A stretch of 64,000 bases of DNA, taken from NCBI GenBank assembly GCA_963734535.1, contig CAVTHS010000003.1:320001-384000 (forward strand), in the 5' to 3' direction. The notes beneath the pieces were generated by a model. That model was not told the origin of the DNA, searched no databases, and worked only from the letters and a program-made list of their open reading frames with translations. How positions within the stretch are numbered: the first letter of the stretch is position 1; each line of letters begins with the position of its first letter. This document shows, piece after piece, positions 11,163-19,490 of this stretch. Source of the stretch: an uncultured Chloroflexia bacterium (GTDB lineage: Bacteria > Chloroflexota > Limnocylindria > Limnocylindrales > CSP1-4). Position numbers and translations under genes: made by a program.

Positions 11163-11785
11163 TCAACCGACGGCGACGGCCTCGTCTGCCCTCACGTCGT
11201 CCGCGGGCCGTACGGACATGGGCTTCACGGCCGCGACGATCGTCATCTCGTCAGTTCCCATCAGGAGCCGGCCCAGGAAGTTGTAGAGGCGGCTGTCGCC
11301 GAGGCGACCGTAGGAGTCGAGACATCATCGAACCCTGCTGCCTCCGTCATCCGCCGCACCTCGGCCTCGTTCCACACCCGGACCGTGCCGAGGACCTTGT
11401 GGGTCGCGGTCGCCTCGGCGACCGTCCGCCCGATCTGCATCGCGGCGCGCCCGCCGGGACGGAGTACCCGGCACATGTCGGACAGGACGCGTTCAGGATC
11501 GGCGAAGAGCGTGAAGGCGTCCATGGACGTGACAGCGCTGAAGCGAGCGTCCTCCCACGGGAGTGCCCCGGCGTCGTCCTCGACACCTCCGCTGTCCCCG
11601 CGGCGATGCGGTCGGCGAGGCGTCGTCGGGCCAGACCGACCTTGACCGCCGAGAGATCCACGCCCGCCACGTCTCGCACCCGCGAGGCGTGCTCGGCCAG
11701 GAAGGCTCCCTCCCCGCAGGCAACATCGAGCAACTCGTCCTCCGGCTGGGGGTCGAGCGTCGCGGCCATCCGCCGGTAGGGCGGG
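11163..11785 (-). pseudogene. Class I SAM methyltransferase, 5'-truncated with two frameshifts
   Basis: LDPQPEDELLDVACGEG...RRRLADRIAAGTA, shift near 11585 to LPWEDARFSAVT...VLRPGGR, shift near 11315 to YGRLGD...AVG*; paralog of the 13173 and 14203 genes. Confidence 0.7.
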
Positions 11786-11788
11786 CAA

Positions 11789-12346
11789 TCAGCCTCCGGA
11801 CGCGGGCGGCCCTCCACGATCAACGGCAACCGATGGATGTCGTTGCCAGAAGACCGCGACGAAGAGGTTGAGCGCGCCCATGAGCAGGCCGAGAGCGACC
11901 GCCGTGAGGTAGAGCGCCCGCTCCTGGTCCGGGAAGGGTCCGAGCACCACGAGCGCGAGGGCGAGGACGGCGAGCACGAAGGGCAGCCAGAAGGTGGGCC
12001 CCATCACCAGCGCTATCTTCGCCCGTGGGATGGTGGCAAGGTTGACAGCCAGCTCCGCCCGATTCTCGGGTGTCCGCGCGAACACGACGATCATGACCAC
12101 GAGGAGGGCGAGAGCCAGGAGGCTGCCCACGAGCCACAGCTCGTGGCCGGTGATGCCATAGCTGCTGATGATGACCGGCGCGAGGGCGGCGATAACCACC
12201 CAGATCGCGGTCGTCACCACCCAGCGGATGTCATTGACCTCGCTCACCTCGAGCGTTGCGCCGCTCCGCACGGCGATGAGCGCACCGAAGCCCACGAACA
12301 CGCCAGCGATCTCAGCAAGCGAAAGGAACAGACTGGTGTCCTGCAT
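11789..12346 (-). CDS. Multi-TM hypothetical membrane protein (paralog A)
   Basis: MQDTSLFLSLAEIAGVFVGFGALIAVRSG; about 5 TM segments. Confidence 0.8.
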   Translation of the reverse strand: MQDTSLFLSLAEIAGVFVGFGALIAVRSGATLEVSEVNDIRWVVTTAIWVVIAALAPVIISSYGITGHELWLVGSLLALALLVVMIVVFARTPENRAELAVNLATIPRAKIALVMGPTFWLPFVLAVLALALVVLGPFPDQERALYLTAVALGLLMGALNLFVAVFWQRHPSVAVDRGGPPASGG

Positions 12347-12505
12347 GTCCCGCCATCTCCCACGCGTGTCACGGCCTTCGTGAAGGAGGGGAGTCTGGGT
12401 CGCGCCTGCGCCCGCTGAACAGAGGCATCGGTCGTGAAGGAGCCCCCAGCCAGCGAAGGAGCCCCCAGCCAGCCGTCCCTGGGCTGGCCGGAGTCGCGAT
12501 GATCG

Positions 12506-13030
12506 TCAGGCGCTCGCGGGCCGTCGCTGCATGTAGACGAGCGAGAGAAGGGTCCACCCGGCCCCCAGCAGGATCAGCACGGTGTACGTGAAGTAGAGCG
12601 CCGCCTCGAGGTCCGGGGCCACGCCCAGCATGATGATGATCGGCGCGAGCACCATCACGAGCATGTAGAGGACATAGAACGCCCATCCGACCAGGTCGCC
12701 GGGCGTGAGCCTGGCCGCCGCGACGCTTGTCGCCCAGCCCGCCCTGTACTCGGGGGTCCGGGCGCTGACGGCGATCATGCCGAGCAAGCCGACGAGCGCG
12801 AGCGCGCTGCCGAGCGCCCAGACCTGGTGGTCGGTGAGGGCATAGCGGCCGAGGGCCACCGGGGCGAGGGCCGCGACGACCGTCAGCATCCCCAGCGCCA
12901 CCACGGTGCGCATGTACGCAACCTCCTCCACCTCGCTCGGGCCTCCGCTCCGCACGGCGATGAGTGCCCCGAAGCCGACGAACACGCCGGCGATCCCCGC
13001 GACCGAAAGGAACAGATCGGCGTCCTGCAT
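12506..13030 (-). CDS. Multi-TM hypothetical membrane protein (paralog B)
   Basis: MQDADLFLSVAGIAGVFVGFGALIAVRSG; AGGAGG SD. Confidence 0.8.
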   Translation of the reverse strand: MQDADLFLSVAGIAGVFVGFGALIAVRSGGPSEVEEVAYMRTVVALGMLTVVAALAPVALGRYALTDHQVWALGSALALVGLLGMIAVSARTPEYRAGWATSVAAARLTPGDLVGWAFYVLYMLVMVLAPIIIMLGVAPDLEAALYFTYTVLILLGAGWTLLSLVYMQRRPASA

Positions 13031-13172
13031 GTCCCGCTACCTCCTGCACTTCGTGATCGGGGTCAGGATCGGCCGCAGGGCCCGCTCCAGCTCCTGGGCT
13101 GTCAGCCGCGACCGAGCCATCGACGCGAATGCACTTCGGCTCCCACGATGAATGCCTGGCAGAGGCGCTGGT

Positions 13173-13976
13173 TCAGGCGGGCGCGGCGCTGCCCGTCAAC
13201 TCGCGCTGGCCGCCGACGCCAACGGCGGTGTTCCGCGGCGACGCGGCCGGCTTGCGGCAGCTCAGGACCAGCGCGGCCTCGTACAGCGGTTTGAGGCTCT
13301 CGTGGCGAACGGTGACGTCCGTGAACCCGGCGTCCTCGAACATCCGCAGGTAGTCGGCCTCGTCGCACCACCGGACCCCCCAGCTCACGGCCGGCTGCTT
13401 CGGCGACCGCCGTGGGTTGTAATCCACGAACACGAGGCGACCGCCCGGCCGCAGCACCCGGAATGCCTCGGCGTGCTTGATCGGCGCGTTGATCGCAGTC
13501 ACCGCGGAGAACCCGCCGTCCTCGAAGGGCAGCTCGGCGGCGCTGCCGGTGACCAGTTGGGCCGTCCCGGTGGCGATCCGGTCGGCGAGGCGCCGCTCGG
13601 CCGCCCGCAGCATGACCCGCGAGAGATCGAGGCCGACGACTCGGCGCACATGCTGCGCCTTCGCGCCCAAGAACGCCCCCGGCCCGCAGCCGATGTCCAG
13701 CAGCTCGTCCTCGGGCTGGAGGTCGAGCATCTCGGCGACGGTCTGGTACAGGCGAGCCTCGATCCACGGCATAACCTTGGCCATCACCCACCCCGTCGGC
13801 CCGTTACAGAAGAAAGCGCACTTCCCCCCGGGCGCGAACACCGTGAACATGGCGTCATCGTTGGGCGGCATGGCCTCCGATGCGCGCCCCCCGAGCCGGC
13901 CGCGGAGGATAGCGCCACCTGCCGCGGCGGCCGTGGCGCCGCCGGCGAGGAGAGCGAACGTGGTCCGTCTGCGCAT
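13173..13976 (-). CDS. Class I SAM-dependent methyltransferase with N-terminal hydrophobic anchor
   Basis: LLDIGCGPG, LPFEDGGFSAV, RVLRPGGR. Confidence 0.88.
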   Translation of the reverse strand: MRRRTTFALLAGGATAAAAGGAILRGRLGGRASEAMPPNDDAMFTVFAPGGKCAFFCNGPTGWVMAKVMPWIEARLYQTVAEMLDLQPEDELLDIGCGPGAFLGAKAQHVRRVVGLDLSRVMLRAAERRLADRIATGTAQLVTGSAAELPFEDGGFSAVTAINAPIKHAEAFRVLRPGGRLVFVDYNPRRSPKQPAVSWGVRWCDEADYLRMFEDAGFTDVTVRHESLKPLYEAALVLSCRKPAASPRNTAVGVGGQRELTGSAAPA

Positions 13977-14004
13977 GGCGCTATCCTCCCTGGGACGCCT
14001 GCGC

Positions 14005-14074
14005 GCGGGTCGGTGTCGCCAGTGGCTCGGCGCGGTCCCGCGGCCGGGGTGTGCCGCGTGTCAGAGCCTCCCGC
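14005..14074 (-). ncRNA. c-di-GMP-II-like riboswitch, copy 2
   Basis: GCGGGAGGCUCUGACACGCGG...GGCCGC..CCGCGCCGAGCCACUGGCGACACCGACCCGC; -10 TACAGT at 14084-14089. Confidence 0.7.
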
Positions 14075-14202
14075 CAGTCCGTGACTGTAGGCGTCGAGTT
14101 CGCGTCCGTCGAGGGCCGGTCGGCAGGGACCCGGCCCGGGAACCCCGGCGCCGCCGCGAGCGTCCTCCTCGGCTCCCCGGGGAACGCACGCCGGGCGCCG
14201 AC

Positions 14203-15006
14203 TCAGGCGGACGCGGCGCTGGCGGTCAGCTCCTGCTGGTCGCCGACGTCGATCGAACGGCTCGGCGGCGCCGCCGCCGGCCTTCGGCAGACGGCGATCC
14301 GGTTGTCGGCGAGGAACAGGACGGGCTTGTAGCGGACGGCCACGTCCACGAAGCCCACATCCTCGAGAACCCGCTGAGTATCGGCCTCGGTCCAGTTCCA
14401 GGGGGGACCGGCAGTCCGCTCGCTCGACGGCTTCCTCGGGTCGGGGATGAGCTCGTCCACGAACACGAACCGTCCTCCGGGACGCAGCACGCGGAAGACC
14501 TCGGCCATGTTCGCCGGCGCCGTGATGGCCGTGACCGCGGAGAACTCGCCGTCGTCGAAGGGCAACACGGCCGAGCTGGCGGGCACGAGCCGGGCCGTCC
14601 CGCCGGACAGCCGGTCCGCAAGCCGCCGCTCGGCCTCGCGCAGCATGGTCCGCGAAGGATCGAGGCCGACGACCCGGCGAACGTGGGGAGCCTTGGAGGC
14701 CAGGAACGCCCCGGACCCGCACCCGATGTCGAGCAGCTCGTCCTCGGGCTGCAGGTCGAGCATCTCGGCAACGACCTCGTACACGCCCGCGTGACCGATC
14801 GGCTGGAGCTTCCCGAACGCCCAACCGATCGGCCCGTTGAAGAAGAAGCCCTGGGGTCCACCGGGCGCCCACTGCGTGAACTGCAGGTCCTCCTCTGACG
14901 ACGGCGGCGTCTCTCGCCCCTGGATCCTTGAGCGGGCGACCGCTGCGGCCGTGACGACGGCCAGCGTCCCGCCGCCGATGACAGCAAGGGTGGTGACACG
15001 GCGCAT
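14203..15006 (-). CDS. Class I SAM-dependent methyltransferase with N-terminal hydrophobic anchor
   Basis: LLDIGCGSG, LPFDDGEFSAV, RVLRPGGR; start moved to ATG 15006 (GGGAGG SD, parallels the paralog). Confidence 0.88.
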   Translation of the reverse strand: MRRVTTLAVIGGGTLAVVTAAAVARSRIQGRETPPSSEEDLQFTQWAPGGPQGFFFNGPIGWAFGKLQPIGHAGVYEVVAEMLDLQPEDELLDIGCGSGAFLASKAPHVRRVVGLDPSRTMLREAERRLADRLSGGTARLVPASSAVLPFDDGEFSAVTAITAPANMAEVFRVLRPGGRFVFVDELIPDPRKPSSERTAGPPWNWTEADTQRVLEDVGFVDVAVRYKPVLFLADNRIAVCRRPAAAPPSRSIDVGDQQELTASAASA

Positions 15007-15035
15007 GGTGCGACCCCTCCCCAGGGACGCCTGCG

Positions 15036-15111
15036 CGCGGGTCGGTCTCGCCAGTGGCTCCGCGTGGTCAGTGGCGGCCGGGGTGGGGATCACGCATCAG
15101 AGCCTCCCGCG
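15036..15111 (-). ncRNA. c-di-GMP-II-like riboswitch, copy 3
   Basis: CGCGGGAGGCUCUGAUGCGUGAUC...GGCCGCC..GACCACGCGGAGCCACUGGCGAGACCGACCCGCG; kink-turn-like CUGAU/GGAG; compensatory P3 changes relative to copies 1 and 2. Confidence 0.8.
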
Positions 15112-15366
15112 TGGCTGTCAGGGTCGTGGTCCATACCACCGGCCGCAAGGGGCATTGGATGTGTAGTGCCCCGGTCGCCCGACCGTCGACTCGTCACCAG
15201 CAGGCGAGATCGTCCGGCCGGCGCGGAGCCGGGTGCGAGCAGGCGGTGCGGACTTGACCTTCGAGGAACCCGCACCCAAGCCGGGCTCAGCGGCGCCGGC
15301 TGGACTCCTCAAGTCAGCGGCATCCCTTCGCGGACGCTGGCCTTTGCGGCCCTCGGACTGCCAGCG

Positions 15367-16752
15367 TCACCGGAGGAAGGTCTTGAGCTGCTCCCACCAG
15401 GCGTAGAGGGCGGCGTAGTTGGAGTCATCGCGGGTCGCGAAGGCGAGGTAGCGTCCCTTGCCGAAGGTGAAGTAGATCCAGGGCCGCCCGTCGTACGGGT
15501 TCATGCAGGCGAGCTGCCCGCTTCCGCTCGGGCTGCTCCACAGCTGGTAGGCTCGCGCGTCGGTTACGCACGATCCGAAGGCGAGCTTGTGGAGGCCGGC
15601 CAGGAAGCCCAGATACTCATCGCCGGCGGTCGAATCTCTGGACGCGCCGGACAGGATCGGGGGGTCCGTGGAACTCGTGGGTTCCATGACGTACAGGCGG
15701 GTCGCGCCGGTCGCCGGGTGACACGTGACGCCGCCGCGTGAGCCGGTTGGTGTCACAGCGAGCAAGGTGTCAGGGCCGACCACCGGCATATGCTGGAGGA
15801 TGTACCCGGAGAAGCCCGCCAGGCTGGCATCATTCGGTGTCCCGCCGCGGACGCACGTGCGTGCAAGGTCGGGCGGCAGCGCGGCAAGGATCGCGGCCTC
15901 GGCCGCGTTGGGGAAGGGCCCGGGGCTCGCCGAGGCGGTGGGCGCGGCGGACGCCGAGGCCACGGCTGCCAGTGAGCCACCCGCGGACGCCCCGGGCGAT
16001 GCCGACGGGCCTGCCGGGCTCCCCGCCACGGAAGGGCCGGGCGTCGGGGTCGCGGCCCGGCCTCCACCGAGGAGGACGACCCCGACCGCAGCGACCACGA
16101 TAAAGGCGGCGAGCCCGAGGCCCGCGGCGATGAGACCGGACGGACGGCGCCCAGCCGGAGACGCAGCTGGAGCGCCGGCACCGGCGGTCCCCCGGGCCAC
16201 GACCCGGTAGCAGGCGACCGGCTCGGGGACGCCCTTGAGGCGGCGCAGGCCGAGGGGCTGGAACTCGACCTCGATCTGCGTTCGGGTCAGGCTGCGGACG
16301 GTCTCGGATACGACGAGCTCGCCGGACTTCGCCTCGGCACAGAGGCGGGCTGCGATGTTGACCGCCGAGCCGACGAAGCCTTCGGCGGTCTCGACGGTCT
16401 CCCCGGCGTGCACCCCCACGCCCACGTGGATCGGGTCGGGGTCGCCTGCCGTCACAACGGCTGCCGCGATGATCGCGAGGCCGCAGCCAACCGCGGCGCT
16501 CACCGAGTCGAAGACCACGTAGAAGGAGTCGCCCTCGGTCCGGATCTCGGCCCCCGCAGCGGCCGCCACGACCTCGCGGACGAGGGCGCGGTAGCGGGCA
16601 AGGAGGGCCGCCCCGGCGCGGTCCCCGTGGGCCTCGACGTAGCCCGTGTAGTCGCGCAGGTCAGCGAACAGGAAGCCGCGGGTCAGGTGGGGCGCATCGA
16701 CACCCGGCGCCGCGACCGGCAGTGGATACGCCGCAGGACCCGGTTCGGCCAT
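15367..16752 (-). CDS. Class III nucleotide cyclase domain protein with TM helix and Cys-containing extracytoplasmic domain
   Basis: FLFADLRDYT, EGDSF, VHAGE, GSAVNIAARL motifs; TM, P/S/A-rich linker. Confidence 0.85.
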   Translation of the reverse strand: MAEPGPAAYPLPVAAPGVDAPHLTRGFLFADLRDYTGYVEAHGDRAGAALLARYRALVREVVAAAAGAEIRTEGDSFYVVFDSVSAAVGCGLAIIAAAVVTAGDPDPIHVGVGVHAGETVETAEGFVGSAVNIAARLCAEAKSGELVVSETVRSLTRTQIEVEFQPLGLRRLKGVPEPVACYRVVARGTAGAGAPAASPAGRRPSGLIAAGLGLAAFIVVAAVGVVLLGGGRAATPTPGPSVAGSPAGPSASPGASAGGSLAAVASASAAPTASASPGPFPNAAEAAILAALPPDLARTCVRGGTPNDASLAGFSGYILQHMPVVGPDTLLAVTPTGSRGGVTCHPATGATRLYVMEPTSSTDPPILSGASRDSTAGDEYLGFLAGLHKLAFGSCVTDARAYQLWSSPSGSGQLACMNPYDGRPWIYFTFGKGRYLAFATRDDSNYAALYAWWEQLKTFLR

Positions 16753-16899
16753 GGGGAGCGACCTCCGCCCGAAGGTTCCGGCTGGCGGGACACAGCCGCC
16801 AGAGGCGTTCGTCACCAATTCGAGCCTGCGGCCCCCGGGCGTCCGGAGTCAGTCGCTGACTTGATCCCAGCACGGCGGTCGCACCATCGAGGGCGCCCC

Positions 16900-17075
16900 G
16901 TTTGCGCCATGCCGTGACGTGCTCGTCTCGGATCCCGTCGTGCGCCGTCGGGTAGCCGCGCGCCAGGAGGACGTCGGTGAACATGCGCAGCGCCGCGCCA
17001 TGGTCGAGATCGTGTTGGGGCCCCTCGTCGCCCGGGTCGCCCGGTGTCTCGATCTCTGGTATCGTCTCGATGCTC
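16900..17075 (-). pseudogene. Decayed tyrosine integrase N-terminal fragment
   Basis: Joining two frames gives PNTIST(Y)GAALRMFTDVLLARGYPT...IRDEHVTAW, resembling an integrase core-binding domain; adjacent to a tRNA. Confidence 0.45.
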
Positions 17076-17179
17076 CAGGGGCCGGACTCCCAGCAGCGGT
17101 ATGCGCGACTGCGAGAACGGGCTCGAAACGGTTGACGGGTGGGACCCGGGCCGCTTCCTGCTGAGCCTGAGCACACAAC

Positions 17180-17256
17180 GGGCGGTTAGCTCAGTTGGTT
17201 AGAGCGCATGCTTGACATGCATGAGGTCAGAGGTTCAAGTCCTCTACCGCCCACCA
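17180..17256 (+). tRNA. tRNA-Val(GAC)
   Basis: GGGCGGT/ACCGCCC acceptor stem, CATGC-TTGACAT-GCATG anticodon arm, GGTTCAAGTCC T-arm, encoded CCA. Confidence 0.97.
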
Positions 17257-17261
17257 TCGAG

Positions 17262-17507
17262 ATGAACGCGTTGAGCGGGACGCGCCTCCCGGGCCCGGGA
17301 CCCCAGAGAGTGGCAGGCATCGGCTGAAACCTGCCACGGCACCCGGCGGACGAGGTACCACCCGCGAGCGGCCGGCGAACCGGTCCGGGATCCGCCCGTT
17401 AGCGCGGCAACCCAGAGCGCGCGACGCGGCAGTCGCGAAATCGGGTGGAACCGCGGGAGGCCGCAGCGGCCCTCTCGTCCCGTGTGGACGAGAGGGTTGT
17501 TCGTTTT
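17262..17507 (+). ncRNA. T-box riboswitch (Thr) with intrinsic terminator
   Basis: AGAGA bulge, GCUGAAA distal loop, specifier ACC at 17357-59, T-box AAUCGGGUGGAACCGCG at 17439-55, terminator CCCTCTCGTCC/GGACGAGAGGG plus T-rich tail at 17470-17507. Confidence 0.92.
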
Positions 17508-17523
17508 CAGGAGGCAGACGGCC

Positions 17524-19383
17524 ATGGCGGACCAGCAGCGACCCGGCGACGCGGCCGGACCCGGCGTCATCGAGGGTGACGATCTCGCCCTGGAGGCGCC
17601 TGATCGGGGCTCTGCGGACGAGCTCCTCGACGCGGGCGCTCATGCCCCGCTCGACCTGATGCGTCACTCGGCGGCCCACGTGATGGCAGAGGCGGTCCTT
17701 GGCCTCTTCCCGGGGGCGCGCCTGGGAATCGGACCGGCCGTCGCGGAGGGGTTCTACTACGACTTCGAGCTTCCGCGGCCGCTCACCCCGGATGACCTCG
17801 CGGCCGTCGAGGAGCGGATGCGGACGAGCATCGCGGCGGACCATCCGTTCGTCCGGCGTGAGCTGCCGTTCGACGAGGCGCGAACGCTTGTTGCCGCCGA
17901 CGACCAGTCGTTCAAGGTGGAGATCCTCGACGACCTGGCCGCGAAGGCCGCGGCGGCGGGGGAGCCGCTGCCCGTCACGACGTTCTACGAGCACGGCGCG
18001 TTCCGCGACCTCTGCCGCGGGCCGCACGTCGAGTCGACCGGGCGGATCGGCCCCTTCCGGCTCCTCGCGGTGGCCGGCGCCTACTGGCGCGGGCAGGAGT
18101 CCAGGCCGATGCTCCAGCGCGTCTATGGCACGGTCTGGGAGAGCCAGGAGGACCTGGACCGTTTCCTGTGGCGCCGCGAGGAGGCCAGGAAGCGCGACCA
18201 TCGCCGCCTCGGCGTCCAGCTCGACCTGTTCAGCTTCCACGACGTCAGCCCGGGATCCGCCTTCTGGCACCCGAAGGGCCAGCGCCTCTGGCGGACGCTC
18301 GAGACCGCCATGCGCGAGCTCCAGGAGCGCCACGGGTACGAGGAGGTCTCCACGCCGATCCTGGTCAACCACCGGCTCTGGGAGCAGTCCGGCCACTGGG
18401 ATCACTACCGCGACAACATGTTCGTCCTCGACATCGAGGACCAGGCCTACTCGCTCAAGCCGATGAACTGCCCCGAGAGCACCTTCATCTACCGCTCCAA
18501 GACGCGTTCCTACCGCGACCTGCCCCTCCGCCTCTCCGAGTTCGGCCGGCTCCACCGCAACGAGCGAAGCGGCGTGCTCCACGGGCTGACGCGGGTCCGG
18601 CAGTTCGTGCAGGACGACGCCCACGTCTACGTGCGGCCCGACCAGCTGGCGGACGAGATCGGCCGGCTCATCGCGATGGTCCGCGAGTCGTACGGCTGGT
18701 TCGGCCTCCAGCCCCGCTACACGTTCGCGACCAAGCCCGACGGCGCGATCGGCGACGACGCCCTGTGGGAGCGGGCCGAGACGATGATCCGGTCCGCCCT
18801 CGACGACGCGGGCGTGACCTACACGGTCAAGCCCAAGGACGGCACGTTCTACGCGCCGAAGATCGACATCTACATCGACGACGCGCTGGGGCGCGAGTGG
18901 CAGATGGCGACGATCCAGGCCGATCTCACCATGCTGCCCGAGCGCTTCGATCTCACCTACATCGACGAGCACGGCGCGCCGCAGCGCCCGATCGCCCTCC
19001 ACCGGGCCATCTACGGCTCGCTGGAGCGGTTCATCGGCATCCTGATCGAGCACTTCGGAGGCGCCCTCCCGCTCTGGGTGGCGCCCGTCCAGGTCGCGCT
19101 CATCCCGATCGCCGACCGGCACGCAGATCCGGCCGACGAGCTCGCCACGCTCCTGCGCGGGCGCGGGCTGCGCGTCGACGTGGACCGCACGGACAGCCGG
19201 ATGCAGAACAAGATCCGGCTCGCCCAGGAGCAGAAGGTGCCCGTGATGGTGATCCTGGGCGACCGCGAGGTGGAGGCCCGCACCGCGTCCGTTCGCCGGC
19301 GCGACGGCAGCCAGGAGCAGGGCGTGGCGTGGGACGACCTCGCCGCGCGCCTCGCCGAGGAGGCCGCCGCTCGCGCCGTCTGA
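17524..19383 (+). CDS. thrS: Threonyl-tRNA synthetase
   Basis: RHSAAH, DLCRGPH, KPMNCP, RDHR motifs; AGGAGG SD. Confidence 0.97.
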   Translation: MADQQRPGDAAGPGVIEGDDLALEAPDRGSADELLDAGAHAPLDLMRHSAAHVMAEAVLGLFPGARLGIGPAVAEGFYYDFELPRPLTPDDLAAVEERMRTSIAADHPFVRRELPFDEARTLVAADDQSFKVEILDDLAAKAAAAGEPLPVTTFYEHGAFRDLCRGPHVESTGRIGPFRLLAVAGAYWRGQESRPMLQRVYGTVWESQEDLDRFLWRREEARKRDHRRLGVQLDLFSFHDVSPGSAFWHPKGQRLWRTLETAMRELQERHGYEEVSTPILVNHRLWEQSGHWDHYRDNMFVLDIEDQAYSLKPMNCPESTFIYRSKTRSYRDLPLRLSEFGRLHRNERSGVLHGLTRVRQFVQDDAHVYVRPDQLADEIGRLIAMVRESYGWFGLQPRYTFATKPDGAIGDDALWERAETMIRSALDDAGVTYTVKPKDGTFYAPKIDIYIDDALGREWQMATIQADLTMLPERFDLTYIDEHGAPQRPIALHRAIYGSLERFIGILIEHFGGALPLWVAPVQVALIPIADRHADPADELATLLRGRGLRVDVDRTDSRMQNKIRLAQEQKVPVMVILGDREVEARTASVRRRDGSQEQGVAWDDLAARLAEEAAARAV

Positions 19384-19490
19384 CGAGGGGCATGTGGTAT
19401 TCTCCGCCGGCGAACCGCGCCCGCTGGCGCGCGTGCTCCTGCACGCCGTCGACGGGCGCATGATGACTCGAAAGCACGAAGGGGTCGACG

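Noticed and set aside
12436-12473. 19-bp direct repeat GAAGGAGCCCCCAGCCAGC x2
   Set aside because: Only two adjacent copies; most likely a slippage duplication
15007-15093. ORF-track N-terminal extension of the 14203 methyltransferase
   Set aside because: It overlaps riboswitch copy 3; the SD and the paralog support ATG 15006
15367-16752. Pycsar or CBASS defence cyclase
   Set aside because: It has a receptor-like TM architecture and no adjacent cyclic-nucleotide-binding effector gene
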